Source: Thermoplasmata archaeon
GTDB lineage: Archaea > Thermoplasmatota > Thermoplasmata > Lutacidiplasmatales > SKW197
Reading direction: 5' to 3'
Length of the DNA: 64,000 bases
Assembly: GCA_026414225.1 (NCBI GenBank)
Contig: JAOAJK010000006.1
Span: 4,005 to 68,004, forward strand
Program-made: the position numbers and the translations under genes
Shown: piece by piece, positions 1 to 9,700 of the stretch
Position numbering within the stretch: position 1 is the first letter of the stretch
How the letters are laid out: each line of letters begins with the position of its first letter
Notes under the pieces: generated by a model
Told to the model about the DNA's origin: nothing
The model's input: the letters and a program-made list of their open reading frames with translations, nothing else
The model's database searches: none

Positions 1-763
1 GGAAAGAAAGGGCTACGAGAACCCGGTAATTTTTGAGTTCGAGCATGGCGTTTTGAATGCGATGGGGCTGCCCAACCCCGGGATAGAGAGGTTCGGGGAG
101 GAGATGAAGAAACTCAGGGGGTGCAGGGCACCTGTGATAGGGAGCATTTTCGGAAAGAACGAAAAGGAATTTGCACACCTTGCTGAAAGAATGGAGGAAT
201 ACGGGGCTGCAGCCGTCGAATTGAACCTGAGCTGTCCCCACGCATCCGGCTATGGAATGGAGGTCGGAAGGGACCCTGCCCTGGTGAAAGCTATCGTGAG
301 GGCTGTGAAGGAAGCGGTGCAGATTCCTGTTTTCGTGAAACTCACACCCAATGTTTCCGACATTACCGTTCTGGGGATGGCTGCGGAGGAAGCCGGCGCT
401 GACGCGGTTGTGGCGATTAACACGGTGCGGGGCTTGAGGATAGACCTTGAGTTTAAACGGAGCGTGTTGACCGCGGGAATAGGGGGCTACAGCGGTCCCG
501 GTATCTTACCCATAGGCCTGAGATGCGTGTTTGAGTTGAAGAAAGTGCTGCGGGTCCCGATAGTTGGCTGCGGTGGAATTACCACATGGGAGAATGTGAT
601 AGAATATCTCATGGCAGGGGCTTCCGCAGTGGAAATCGGGACCGCGTTGCGGAATGATGTGCGGCTGTTTAAAAACCTTGGGAGAGGGGTTAAACAATAT
701 ATGAAGAGAAAGGGCTATGAAAGGGTCGAGGAGGTTGTTGCCCTTGCACACCAGAATCGTTGA
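1..763 (+). CDS. pyrD: Dihydroorotate dehydrogenase catalytic subunit (class 1B PyrD), 5' end outside window
   Basis: The frame is open from nt 2 (…ERKGYENPVIFEFEHGVLNAMGLPNPG…). Class-1 DHOD motifs LNLSCPH (active-site Cys) and a FMN-binding TIM-barrel C-terminus (GCGGITTWENV). Followed by pyrK. Confidence 0.85.
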   Translation, partial: ERKGYENPVIFEFEHGVLNAMGLPNPGIERFGEEMKKLRGCRAPVIGSIFGKNEKEFAHLAERMEEYGAAAVELNLSCPHASGYGMEVGRDPALVKAIVRAVKEAVQIPVFVKLTPNVSDITVLGMAAEEAGADAVVAINTVRGLRIDLEFKRSVLTAGIGGYSGPGILPIGLRCVFELKKVLRVPIVGCGGITTWENVIEYLMAGASAVEIGTALRNDVRLFKNLGRGVKQYMKRKGYERVEEVVALAHQNR

Positions 764-1472
764 GGTGGTTGAGGAAAATCCAGCAGTAAAAACCTTCAGG
801 TTCAGGTATAATGTAAAGGTTCTCCCGGGGCAGTTCTGCATGGTCTGGGATGGGGCCGGAGAAGAGGTACCGATGAGCTTTTCTTATACGGGAAAGATAA
901 AGGGAGTTACGGTCAAAAAGGTGGGGAAAACCACGGATTTGTTGCATCGGCGCAAGCCGGGAGAGGTTCTCAGAATTCGCGGCCCGTTTGGTACCCATTA
1001 CCCTGTTTCATCCAAAAAGTACCTGCTCGTTTCCGGTGGCACTGGCATTGCGTCCCTTGCACCAGCGGCCGAGAAAATTGTCGGGCGGGGGGGCAAGTGC
1101 AGGTTTGTTGCAGGATTCAGGAATGCATCTGAAATTTTCTTCATTGAGAGGTTGAGAAATGCTGGAATTGATGTAGAGATTGCTACCGATGACGGGAGTG
1201 CGGGCTTCAGGGGATTCGTGACCGAGCTTGCAGGGAAGCTATTTGCAGGGGAGAGTTTTGATTACATTATCGCCTGCGGGCCAGTCCAGATGCTCAAGGA
1301 GATAGGGAGGCGGTTTGCTGAGAAGGTTGAGACCTACATTTCCATTGAGTCCCTGATGAAGTGCGGCATAGGCCTGTGCGATTCCTGTTCCATCCTTGGG
1401 TATCGGGTGTGCAGGGAAGGTCCCGTATTCAGGGCTGGGGAATTGATTGAGAAGGGGTGGCTGGAGGAATGA
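717..1472 (+). CDS. pyrK: Dihydroorotate dehydrogenase electron-transfer subunit PyrK (FAD/[2Fe-2S])
   Basis: FAD/NAD-binding ferredoxin-reductase-like fold (LPGQFCMVW…GTGIASL) and a C-terminal 2Fe-2S cysteine cluster CGIGLCDSCS. ATG at 717 overlaps the pyrD 3' end by 47 nt; the true start may be slightly downstream. Confidence 0.8.
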   Translation: MKGSRRLLPLHTRIVEVVEENPAVKTFRFRYNVKVLPGQFCMVWDGAGEEVPMSFSYTGKIKGVTVKKVGKTTDLLHRRKPGEVLRIRGPFGTHYPVSSKKYLLVSGGTGIASLAPAAEKIVGRGGKCRFVAGFRNASEIFFIERLRNAGIDVEIATDDGSAGFRGFVTELAGKLFAGESFDYIIACGPVQMLKEIGRRFAEKVETYISIESLMKCGIGLCDSCSILGYRVCREGPVFRAGELIEKGWLEE

Positions 1473-2044
1473 GGGTCGTTGTTGGAATCACGGGGGCCTC
1501 GGGTGCGGTATATGCGGTGCGGCTCGTAGAGGTGCTTTCGGCACTCGGGCACGAGGTACTTCTGATAATTTCCGAGAATGGCGCAAGGGTTCTTGAGTAC
1601 GAGACCGGGTTGAAGAGGGTTGAAATCGAGAAAAGGGTGAAAAGAGCTTATACCAACACGGACCTTTTTTCGGACATTTCCTCCGGCTCCTGCAGGTTCG
1701 ATGCCTGCGTGATTGTGCCCTGCAGCGCAAACACGCTTGCAAAAATCAGCCACGGGATTGCGGATAACCTGATTACCCGCACGGCATCGGTATGCCTGAA
1801 GGAGGCCAGAAAACTGGTTCTGGTGCCCCGGGAGACACCCCTCAGCAAAGTCCAGATTGAATCGATGCTGAAGGTGGCCGATGCGGGGGCTGTGGTTTTA
1901 CCTGCGATGCCGGGGTTTTACGGGAAACCGAAAACAGTCCAGGAACTTGTTGATTTTGTGGTAGGAAAAATTCTGGATGTACTCGGAATCGAGAACGAGA
2001 TTTACAGGAGATGGAGAGGAAGGAAGAGAAAAGGTTTAAGATAA
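1469..2044 (+). CDS. ubiX: Flavin prenyltransferase UbiX/Pad1 family
   Basis: Flavoprotein fold signature MRVVVGITGASGAVYAVRLVEVL…PCSANTLAKISHGIADNLITR. Start moved to the internal ATG of the MRVVVG motif. Confidence 0.8.
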   Translation: MRVVVGITGASGAVYAVRLVEVLSALGHEVLLIISENGARVLEYETGLKRVEIEKRVKRAYTNTDLFSDISSGSCRFDACVIVPCSANTLAKISHGIADNLITRTASVCLKEARKLVLVPRETPLSKVQIESMLKVADAGAVVLPAMPGFYGKPKTVQELVDFVVGKILDVLGIENEIYRRWRGRKRKGLR

Positions 2045-2063
2045 CTCATGCAATCACGGTTTT

Positions 2064-3938
2064 GTGCATTTGCAGAAGTTGTTTGGATTGCTGGCAGGGC
2101 TCCTTGCCCTCCAGGTCTCCCTGGTTCCGGTCGGTGCCACCTCCTACCACACCATCACCTGCGACGGGGAGTTCGATGACTGGGCTTTGGACGAATATCT
2201 TGGCACGTCCGGCAACACTCGCCTCTACTTCACATTTGACACAGACAATCTTTACTTTGGGTTCGACAGGGGAAGTGCGGATAACGACATTTTCGTTGCG
2301 ATGGACACCCTTGCGGGCGGGACCGCAACCTCCGTTGACTGGCATGGCACCCACACACTCCCCTTCGATGCAGATTATTTCGTCTGCATTGAGAGCGAGA
2401 GTTATGCGGCGGTCAGGAGATGGAATGGAAGTGCCTGGCAGGACGTTTATTCGTTGCTTGGGTACGGGTTCTTTTCCTCCCCTGATATAGAGTTTAGAAT
2501 TCCGAGGTTGTTTGTTGGAAACCCTGCAGGCATCAAATTTCTCGCCTACGGGCAGTGGGAGGATGCAATCAATGTCTGGGCTGCCTGGCCAACAAGAAAT
2601 GTGGCGTTGAACAACGGGGCCCAGCAATTCTCCTATTACTACGAGTACAATTTTACATCTGGCATCTCACCAGGACTTGACCAGCCGGGGAATCTACCGC
2701 CCACCGCAATCAAGGTGGATGGTTACAATGCCGAGTGGACTGCGGGATTGAAGAACTTCCATATTGTTGTGGACTCAAGCGAGGACTCCGCAGCGGATGT
2801 AACAAATATCGTGGACAACGAGGTGCTGAAGCTCTACTATGCCTGGGATGACAATTACCTTTACTTGTCGTATGATTATATCACCGGCTACTGGGGCGGA
2901 GATAACAGGTATGACAACGGAACTCTGCTGGTAATTGATGCCTCAACGCCGGAGAATGATGGAACTCCTGCACTTTCAACCCTGAATGTCTGGCAGCGCC
3001 AGATTTCGTTCAAGGGGTTCACATGTGAGTTTATCTACGGAAAGTGGGATGACATGGCCGGCTACTTCTACCATGTGCAAAACTCCAGCTATGCCGAGGA
3101 CATTACCTACAGGATTTTGAAGGGCGAGACAGGGGGTGCGAAGGTCAATGGTGCGGTGGAGCTTGCAATTCCATGGTTCGTGCTTTACGGCGAAAATTAC
3201 ACAAGGATTTTTCCCTCCGTGAGCATAAAGTTCTTGGTATGTGTGGTTGGTGTAGATGGAACCAATGCTGCGGATACGATTCCAGACAATGCCGCGGTCC
3301 CGAAGAACAGCAGTTACGAAGAAACGGTGCTGGACTACTTTGCAAGAATTGACAAAATTGATGATGAACCCCCGGTCATTTCGAATTTCAGAATAGAGAA
3401 CATCACAAGGACGTCCGCAGAGGTGAGATGGACCACGAACGAGCCCGCGACCACCCAGTTGCTTTACGGGGAAACCACGAATTACGGAAATGCCACACCG
3501 TTTGATGCATCGCTTAAGACCGAGCACTTTGTGGTCGTCACGAATTTAACCGAAGGCAGGAAGTATTTCGTTAAAGCGATTTCCACCGATGCCTCGAACA
3601 ACACGAGGAGTTATCCATCATCGCTCACCGAACTTGAGAAGGTTTATTTTGAAACACCGAGTGATACGGTGGATGGTGAAGGAGGGAAGAAGACGGAAAC
3701 CCTGAGCCAGTACGAGGTGATTAGAACCATAGTTTATCTCGCCGCAGCGATTTTTGCAGGTTTTGCGGCAGTCCATGCCTTTAGGTTTGTTTACCGAGCA
3801 AGGAAGGAGAGGGAGGAAACAAGGAGGCGGTACATGAAGCGACTGACGAGGCCGGAAAGGGAAGAGAAGCTCAACACGCTGTTCAGGAACGGCATGATTT
3901 CTGAAAAATTGTATACGGAACTGAAGGAAAAGCTATGA
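2064..3938 (+). CDS. Membrane-anchored surface glycoprotein with fibronectin-III-like domain and SHOCT-like cytoplasmic tail
   Basis: N-terminal signal peptide (LLAGLLALQVSLVPVGA) and many NxS/T sequons. FN3-like block (PPVISNFRIENITRTSAEVRWTTNEPATTQLLYGETTNYGN). Single C-terminal TM helix (IVYLAAAIFAGFAAVHAF), then a basic tail ending LFRNGMISEKLYTELKEKL (SHOCT-like). Confidence 0.6.
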   Translation: MHLQKLFGLLAGLLALQVSLVPVGATSYHTITCDGEFDDWALDEYLGTSGNTRLYFTFDTDNLYFGFDRGSADNDIFVAMDTLAGGTATSVDWHGTHTLPFDADYFVCIESESYAAVRRWNGSAWQDVYSLLGYGFFSSPDIEFRIPRLFVGNPAGIKFLAYGQWEDAINVWAAWPTRNVALNNGAQQFSYYYEYNFTSGISPGLDQPGNLPPTAIKVDGYNAEWTAGLKNFHIVVDSSEDSAADVTNIVDNEVLKLYYAWDDNYLYLSYDYITGYWGGDNRYDNGTLLVIDASTPENDGTPALSTLNVWQRQISFKGFTCEFIYGKWDDMAGYFYHVQNSSYAEDITYRILKGETGGAKVNGAVELAIPWFVLYGENYTRIFPSVSIKFLVCVVGVDGTNAADTIPDNAAVPKNSSYEETVLDYFARIDKIDDEPPVISNFRIENITRTSAEVRWTTNEPATTQLLYGETTNYGNATPFDASLKTEHFVVVTNLTEGRKYFVKAISTDASNNTRSYPSSLTELEKVYFETPSDTVDGEGGKKTETLSQYEVIRTIVYLAAAIFAGFAAVHAFRFVYRARKEREETRRRYMKRLTRPEREEKLNTLFRNGMISEKLYTELKEKL

Positions 3939-4507
3939 AGCGGTATGTGAGGGCTGCAGGGATAGATGATGCGCCTTTCAAATTCATCCAGCCCATTTCC
4001 GAGATTTTTTTCGCGGTGGTCAGGGCCCCGAACTACATCGAGGGCTTGCTCCGCGCAACTGTGAGGGTGGACGGGCTTGATGCAACGGAAACGGTCATAA
4101 AACGGCTAAACGGTTCGAAGTTTATCGAGCAGCTGGATGTGATTTTTGTGGATGGCTGCACGGTTGCAGGTTTCAATGTGGTGGATATCGGGGAAATTTA
4201 CAGAGCTACGGGTGTGCCGGTAATTTCAGTCACGAGGAAAAGGCCAGATTTGGAGGAGATCGGGGCAACCTTGCGGAAGAAATTTGATGACTGGGAGCAA
4301 CGGATGGCAATAATTTCGAAGACAGAGCTGCACCCCGTAGCGGCGGCGAGAAATCCAATTTATGTAGGAATCGCGGGCACCGATTTAGCGACAGCAAAAC
4401 TTTTCCTCAAACGTTTCACAGTCCAGGGTTCGATCCCTGAGCCGTTGAGAATTGCCCACATGGTTGCATCCCTCTATGTGCTGGGAGAGACACGGGGGAG
4501 GAGCTAG
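3935..4507 (+). CDS. UPF0215/DUF99 family protein
   Basis: GIDDAPF… and DGLDATE motifs typical of the archaeal DUF99 family. 4-nt ATGA overlap with the upstream gene. Confidence 0.6.
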   Translation: MKRYVRAAGIDDAPFKFIQPISEIFFAVVRAPNYIEGLLRATVRVDGLDATETVIKRLNGSKFIEQLDVIFVDGCTVAGFNVVDIGEIYRATGVPVISVTRKRPDLEEIGATLRKKFDDWEQRMAIISKTELHPVAAARNPIYVGIAGTDLATAKLFLKRFTVQGSIPEPLRIAHMVASLYVLGETRGRS

Positions 4508-5619
4508 GCAAACTCTGTCTTCATCGAAATTGTAATGTATCTGTCGCTCAGGTTGACACTCGGAGCAGGTCCCGCATAGGTGTAGGTAAAGAAAAAGTAG
4601 TAGAACTTGAGGTCTTCGCCATTGCCGTTGCTTGTCCAGTCCGTGTATCTCAGTGCATCTCTCGTCAGGAACATGCCATTTGCGGTGTCAATGTTCACAT
4701 AAACCCCTGAACCGGTCTTGTAAGGGATGTATGTTCGCACCCACGCATGGGGCCCCCATTTTCCCTCCATCTGGATGTAGATTGCACCTAGTTCAAGCCA
4801 CGCAGGAATTCCCACGGCACGGGCGAGCGAGCAGAACAGGATACTCTGGTCGTCACAATCCCCTACGCCCGTGTGCAGTGTGGTGAGAGGGTCATTCGGT
4901 TCACCAGCGCTCCCCCTCACATATCTGATGTATTTCTGGATGTAGTTGTAAATCGCCCCAAGTTTTTCATACACTGTAGTGTAGTTTTTCGTGATGTTTG
5001 TTGCCAGATTCTTGATTTCCGTGTTATGAGGGTCAATCTTCCACTCCCTCCCGAGATACTTTGCTTTGAGGTCTCCAGGAATCTGCGAAACATTCCCGGA
5101 ATCGCCAGCGCTTACCTTCCACTTCACCTCCCTTGCGTGGACTGTGAAGGTCACGCTCGCTTTCCCGCCAGTTTTCTCACTTGCTTTCCAGACATACCAT
5201 GTGGTCCCATTCACCGTGATTTCCCCCGCACCCTCGAGCGGCGATACGCTCCGCACCTCCTGGCCTATGCAGGAAACTGGCTCTGGCATGTGAAATTCGT
5301 AGGATATCGGTCTGGAACTTGTAAAACTTACCTCCCGTTTGAGGGTGAATGTTGCGGACGCCGGCGTCCCCGAGAAAAAGTGCACCAGGTAAGAGCCAAG
5401 CGGTGTGTAAAGGATCAGAAAGATTATGATGAAAAGCACTACCAGCCCTATCACAGGCCCGATCCATGCCCTGCTCCTCCTTTTTTTGGGAATTTGCTTG
5501 ACTTCCACAACCTCTGGTTTCTGCGCAGGTGCACTCCACGCAGCCCCACACCCGGGGCACTGAAGCCCCCTGCTCGTATCAAACACATAACCGCAGTACG
5601 GACACTTAATTTCCACCAT
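4504..5619 (-). CDS. Transglutaminase-like cysteine protease-fold protein with N-terminal zinc ribbon and TM anchor
   Basis: N-terminal zinc-ribbon Cys pairs CPYCGY…CPGCG, one TM helix (IGPVIGLVVLFIIIFLILY), extracellular domain with transglutaminase-like core GVGDCDDQSILFCSLARAVGIPAWLELG (Cys nucleophile) and a downstream His. Confidence 0.65.
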   Translation of the reverse strand: MVEIKCPYCGYVFDTSRGLQCPGCGAAWSAPAQKPEVVEVKQIPKKRRSRAWIGPVIGLVVLFIIIFLILYTPLGSYLVHFFSGTPASATFTLKREVSFTSSRPISYEFHMPEPVSCIGQEVRSVSPLEGAGEITVNGTTWYVWKASEKTGGKASVTFTVHAREVKWKVSAGDSGNVSQIPGDLKAKYLGREWKIDPHNTEIKNLATNITKNYTTVYEKLGAIYNYIQKYIRYVRGSAGEPNDPLTTLHTGVGDCDDQSILFCSLARAVGIPAWLELGAIYIQMEGKWGPHAWVRTYIPYKTGSGVYVNIDTANGMFLTRDALRYTDWTSNGNGEDLKFYYFFFTYTYAGPAPSVNLSDRYITISMKTEFA

Positions 5620-6346
5620 GTTTTTTCCTCCACTCCCTTATTTCTTTTTTCACCTTATCAGGAATTGCTGAAGGGATGACCTTCCTCTCAACCAGATAGA
5701 GGGTGAAGAGGGAATAGATGAGTGCAAAAACCAGGAAGAGATACATGAGCGTGGGCAGTGCACGGTAAAACGGGAACAGCAGGAAGTTGTTGATTGCACT
5801 GAACAGTACGGCCCTGAGCAGATGCCCCCAGATTTTCCCTGTCTGGACTCCATAGGCAATCACGGAGCCGGTGAATGCGTTGATGAAGATGAAATTCATT
5901 GCAACGAGGAGGAGCACCCCTACCAGGTGGGGGGAGCTCCCGAGGTCGGTGGTGCGGAGCATTATCAAGGCGAGGGAGACAAAGCTCATGAGTCCGATGC
6001 TTGTGCCGAGGGAAATTCCATAAAAGACCGTGTCGAATTTCCTGTGAAAAAACTTCGTGTTGAGGATTATGAGTTTCAGCAGTTCTTCGAAGAAGGGGAA
6101 GAAGAGGAGCATGAGAATGACTGCCTCAACAATCTGGGAGGTGGTGACCACCTCGTAGAACACATATCTCGCCACACCCACAACAACCCCTGCGAAGAGC
6201 CCGACAATGAATGCAAGCCCGACCCTCCCGAAATCAAAGAGGGCAAACTCTACATATGGCCTTTCATACTTTTTCAGCAGGTTGTACAGGAGCACGATTG
6301 CTGGAATAATTCCAATTATGCTGGCAACGCTGAAGTCCACATACAT
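5606..6346 (-). CDS. PrsW/CPBP-like intramembrane metalloprotease (putative)
   Basis: Polytopic membrane protein with an EExxK motif (FFEELLK), an FxxxH-like motif (FFHRKF) and a later HxxxxxxxxxN (HLLRAVLFSAINN) within TM helices. 14-nt overlap with the downstream transglutaminase-like gene. Confidence 0.5.
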   Translation of the reverse strand: MYVDFSVASIIGIIPAIVLLYNLLKKYERPYVEFALFDFGRVGLAFIVGLFAGVVVGVARYVFYEVVTTSQIVEAVILMLLFFPFFEELLKLIILNTKFFHRKFDTVFYGISLGTSIGLMSFVSLALIMLRTTDLGSSPHLVGVLLLVAMNFIFINAFTGSVIAYGVQTGKIWGHLLRAVLFSAINNFLLFPFYRALPTLMYLFLVFALIYSLFTLYLVERKVIPSAIPDKVKKEIREWRKKHGGN

Positions 6347-6670
6347 TACGATGCCTATGGAATTCAGGTATTAAATGGTTGTCTATTGGTGCCTTCTCCC
6401 TGCCCGCCGTTCACATATTTCTCCAGGTCTTTGAAGGCCCTGGTCCATGCCCGGCTGAACCCCTGCCGTACCTCGTCCCACTCAGGTGAGTTTCGCCAGC
6501 CAGAATGAAGGAGATGCACTTCAGCCGATTCCCTGTTGGGAGTATCTGAAGGCACAGGCAGAGAGAAGGCCACAACATGGGTGAGATGGTTCGTGGTGTG
6601 CTTGTCCACGGAAACCGCCTTAATATGGTTTTCTTTGAATTTTTTCCATTTAATAAATTTCTCTCCCTCC

Positions 6671-6685
6671 AAAATATTTATATTT
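6671..6685 (+). promoter_or_regulatory. TATA-box-like element (AAAATATTTATATTT) ~25 nt upstream of the giant-protein ATG
   Basis: The A/T-rich box is centred about 26 nt upstream of the ATG at 6706, the spacing expected for an archaeal leaderless transcript. Confidence 0.4.
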
Positions 6686-6705
6686 CCCCCGCATTTGCTC
6701 AGGAC

Positions 6706-9700
6706 ATGGTGAGAATTTCGTTGAATTCTGGTAGAAAAACTGCAATTGCTGGGAAATTGGGGGCTTTATTCAGCGTCTTCCTGCTTTTGGCCACGCTCTT
6801 CAACCTTCCAGCCACCGGAGAGGAAATGCGGGGCGGCGGGCCCGACGGCGGGGTGAAGTCCGTGGAAATTCTGGAAGACACGGTTTTCGAGTCCGCGCAT
6901 CACACCCTCAACACCAGCTTGATTGTGAGGAGCGGTGCCACGCTGGAAGTGAGGAATTCCACAATTATGTTTGAGGCAGGAAACGGCACACCAGAGTTTC
7001 TCGTGGAGCACGGTGCAACCCTGAAAATAGAGAATTCAGTGATAACCGCCAACCAGACAAGGTACAGGTTCAAAATTGACGGTGCATTGGTCTGCGAAAA
7101 CTCGACAATTCGCGGCACCTCGGCTTCGGGCACCTGTGGCGGAATCGTGCTCAACACCAATGAAGCCATAATAAGGAATTCTACGGTCGGGGACACAGCC
7201 ATAGGGCTCTATCTTCCCGGTATGGGCAACAGGACACTCCTCGTTGACGATGACCACAACGAAAGTGCGGAAAAATTCTACTTCGCAACCCTCACAAATG
7301 CAGGAATCGGTTTTGATTACTGGTGTGTTGAAAAACACGGCATCCCCCTACATCTGAAAAACTATTCTGCAGTTGTCTGGTTTACAGGCAGCGGGGCAGG
7401 AGGCACCCTCAACACGACCACTGTCTCACTCCTTTCAGATTACTTGAATGCTTCTGGCAGGTTGCTTCTCACAGGCCAGGGAATTGGCAGGGACATAAAC
7501 TCAACGTACCTCTACGGTGGGCAGATTGGTGCCATCTACGGAGGCCACGGAAACGGAAGGGAAGTTTACGGGCAGGGTTTCCTTGCAAACTTCAGTGGCT
7601 GGATTAACGCAAGATACCCCTTGGCGCATGGTTATGTGATTGCACCGCCCGGGAACGCGGTGCTCAGGTATGCTGATGGAGAATGTGCGGGTGTTGGTGT
7701 GAAATCCGGCTACATGGTATTCTACACGGAATTCTCGGTCGACTGCCTCGATCATGATAGGGCTACCTCGCTTATTTCCACGGTTTTTGACTGGTTCGGG
7801 TTTTTTGCCCTTGCACCCCAGGTAACCCTCTACCAGCAGGATTTTGAGAATTTCAGCGGTGCGGGGTGGAGTTTTGAGGATGGCACTGGCAATGGGACCT
7901 GGGGTTTAAGCGATTACAGGGCCATCGGAGGCAGGAGCCTCTGGTGCGCCGGGAATGCAAGCAAGGATGCTGAGAGCATTGCCCTTTACGAGGACTTTGA
8001 GGAGTTTGGAGGGGCCACAGATTTCCTTCCATTCAATGGAGTGGATGCGTTCAACCTGAGCGACCGCAGAACTGCAGACGGCAATTACAGCTTATGGTGT
8101 GCTGCATCTGGAAGCCAGTGGGAGGACAGTGGCATCTGCGTTGCGTTTGAGGACTTCGCAGAGTTCCGTTTGAAGGCAATGGATGAGAACAGGGGTTCTG
8201 GCCTTGATTACTGGGGTGCGGTGGACGGCAGGGCATGGTGTGCCGCAGCAGGCGACGAGATGGTAATAATGAACCTCCGGGCAAGGCGGTACGATAACCA
8301 GATGAACGCGGTGATGTATCTACCTGTCTCAATTCCTTATGATTTTGCTACCCTCGCGTTCCGCATTGAGCTGGGGGTTTGTGCAGGGGATTATCTGGAA
8401 GTCGGCTATGTCGCGGGCCCGAAACACATTGCTGTGAAAAAATACGATAATGACCTGACAGGAGTAGAGAAGGTATTCATCTCCAAATTTGCCGATGCGG
8501 TGTATTTCAGATTTGTGAGCGATGCGAGCAATGCAGGCACAGGTGCATGGATAGATGATATTGAGGTGAGGGCATATAACTACACTACCTACCTTGACAC
8601 GGACTTCACTCAGGGTCTCGGGTCGTGGAAAAGCTATGATGCGGATGGGCGAGGAGGTATAGACACATGGGGCGTGGTGAAGCGGGGCGAGAGCTACGAC
8701 GCATGGTGTGCAGCAGTAGGTAGCCAGAGCAATCTGTTTGACACGGTATATTCCCAGATATTCTCGGATAATTTTGACTACGGACTTGTGAACTGGCGGA
8801 ACAATGGCACAAAGACCTGGACGCTCGGGGAGCGAAACCTCAGCAAGCCCTTCTCGGCCCACACCTCAATTTCCGACAATACCAGTATCTTTCCGGCAAC
8901 GGCCCTTCTTGAAACGGAGGTGGATGCGACCGAGACCAGGAGCCAGAAGTTTGAGTTTGACCTAATCTTCACCAGCAATTCGGACCGCACAATCTTCTTC
9001 GTGGAGGTTTTTGCAGGGCAGGAATGGAAGCGGGTTTATGAGCGGACCGAGGAATCGAAACGCTGGCAGCACTGCACCTTTGTTACCGCCGAACCCTTCA
9101 CCGTAATCAGGTGCGGGTTGGTCGGAAACGGGGAGGCCTCCATTGATAATTTTGTGCTTTCAGGAACAAGGAGCATTCCAAACACCGCAGTCACGAGGTA
9201 TGACAGTTTCATGGATGCATCCCTCGAACACGAGGTGGATCTTGCGATGTGGGAGCAGCCGCAAATCAGATACACACTCTTTTACAACCTCTCTGAGAGG
9301 GACCAGCTCAGCTTTGAAGTTTACACGGACGGATGGGAAACGGTGAAAAATTACTCGGGAACTTTAACCCTCGGGCCCCTTACTGAATGCCATCCATTAC
9401 CGGAAAATGCAAGGGCGGTGAGATTCCGTCTGGTATCCGACAGGGCTGGCGAGGCCTCTGGCGTTTACCTGAAGAACATAAGAATCTACGGAATAAAGGG
9501 CGTTTTGAACATTGAGGCAAAACGCGCCGACAGGGGGATGGAGACGAAATTTGTCGTTCCGGTAAATCTCACTGGCTACAGCACGGCATTCCTGTCCTTC
9601 CTGCTCTGGCTTGATTTGAGCCCCTCCCAGAACTTCACCGTTTATCTGGTAAATGCCAGTGCAACCGTGGTTCTCGCAGATTACACCGCTCCAGGTGGAG

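Noticed and set aside
6577-6705. N-terminal 43-codon extension of the giant ORF proposed by the ORF track (MGEMVRGVLVHGNRLNMVFFEF…)
   Set aside because: The extension precedes a canonical signal peptide that begins at the ATG at 6706. It would also make the TATA-like box at 6671-6685 intragenic. The more likely start is 6706, giving a leaderless transcript.
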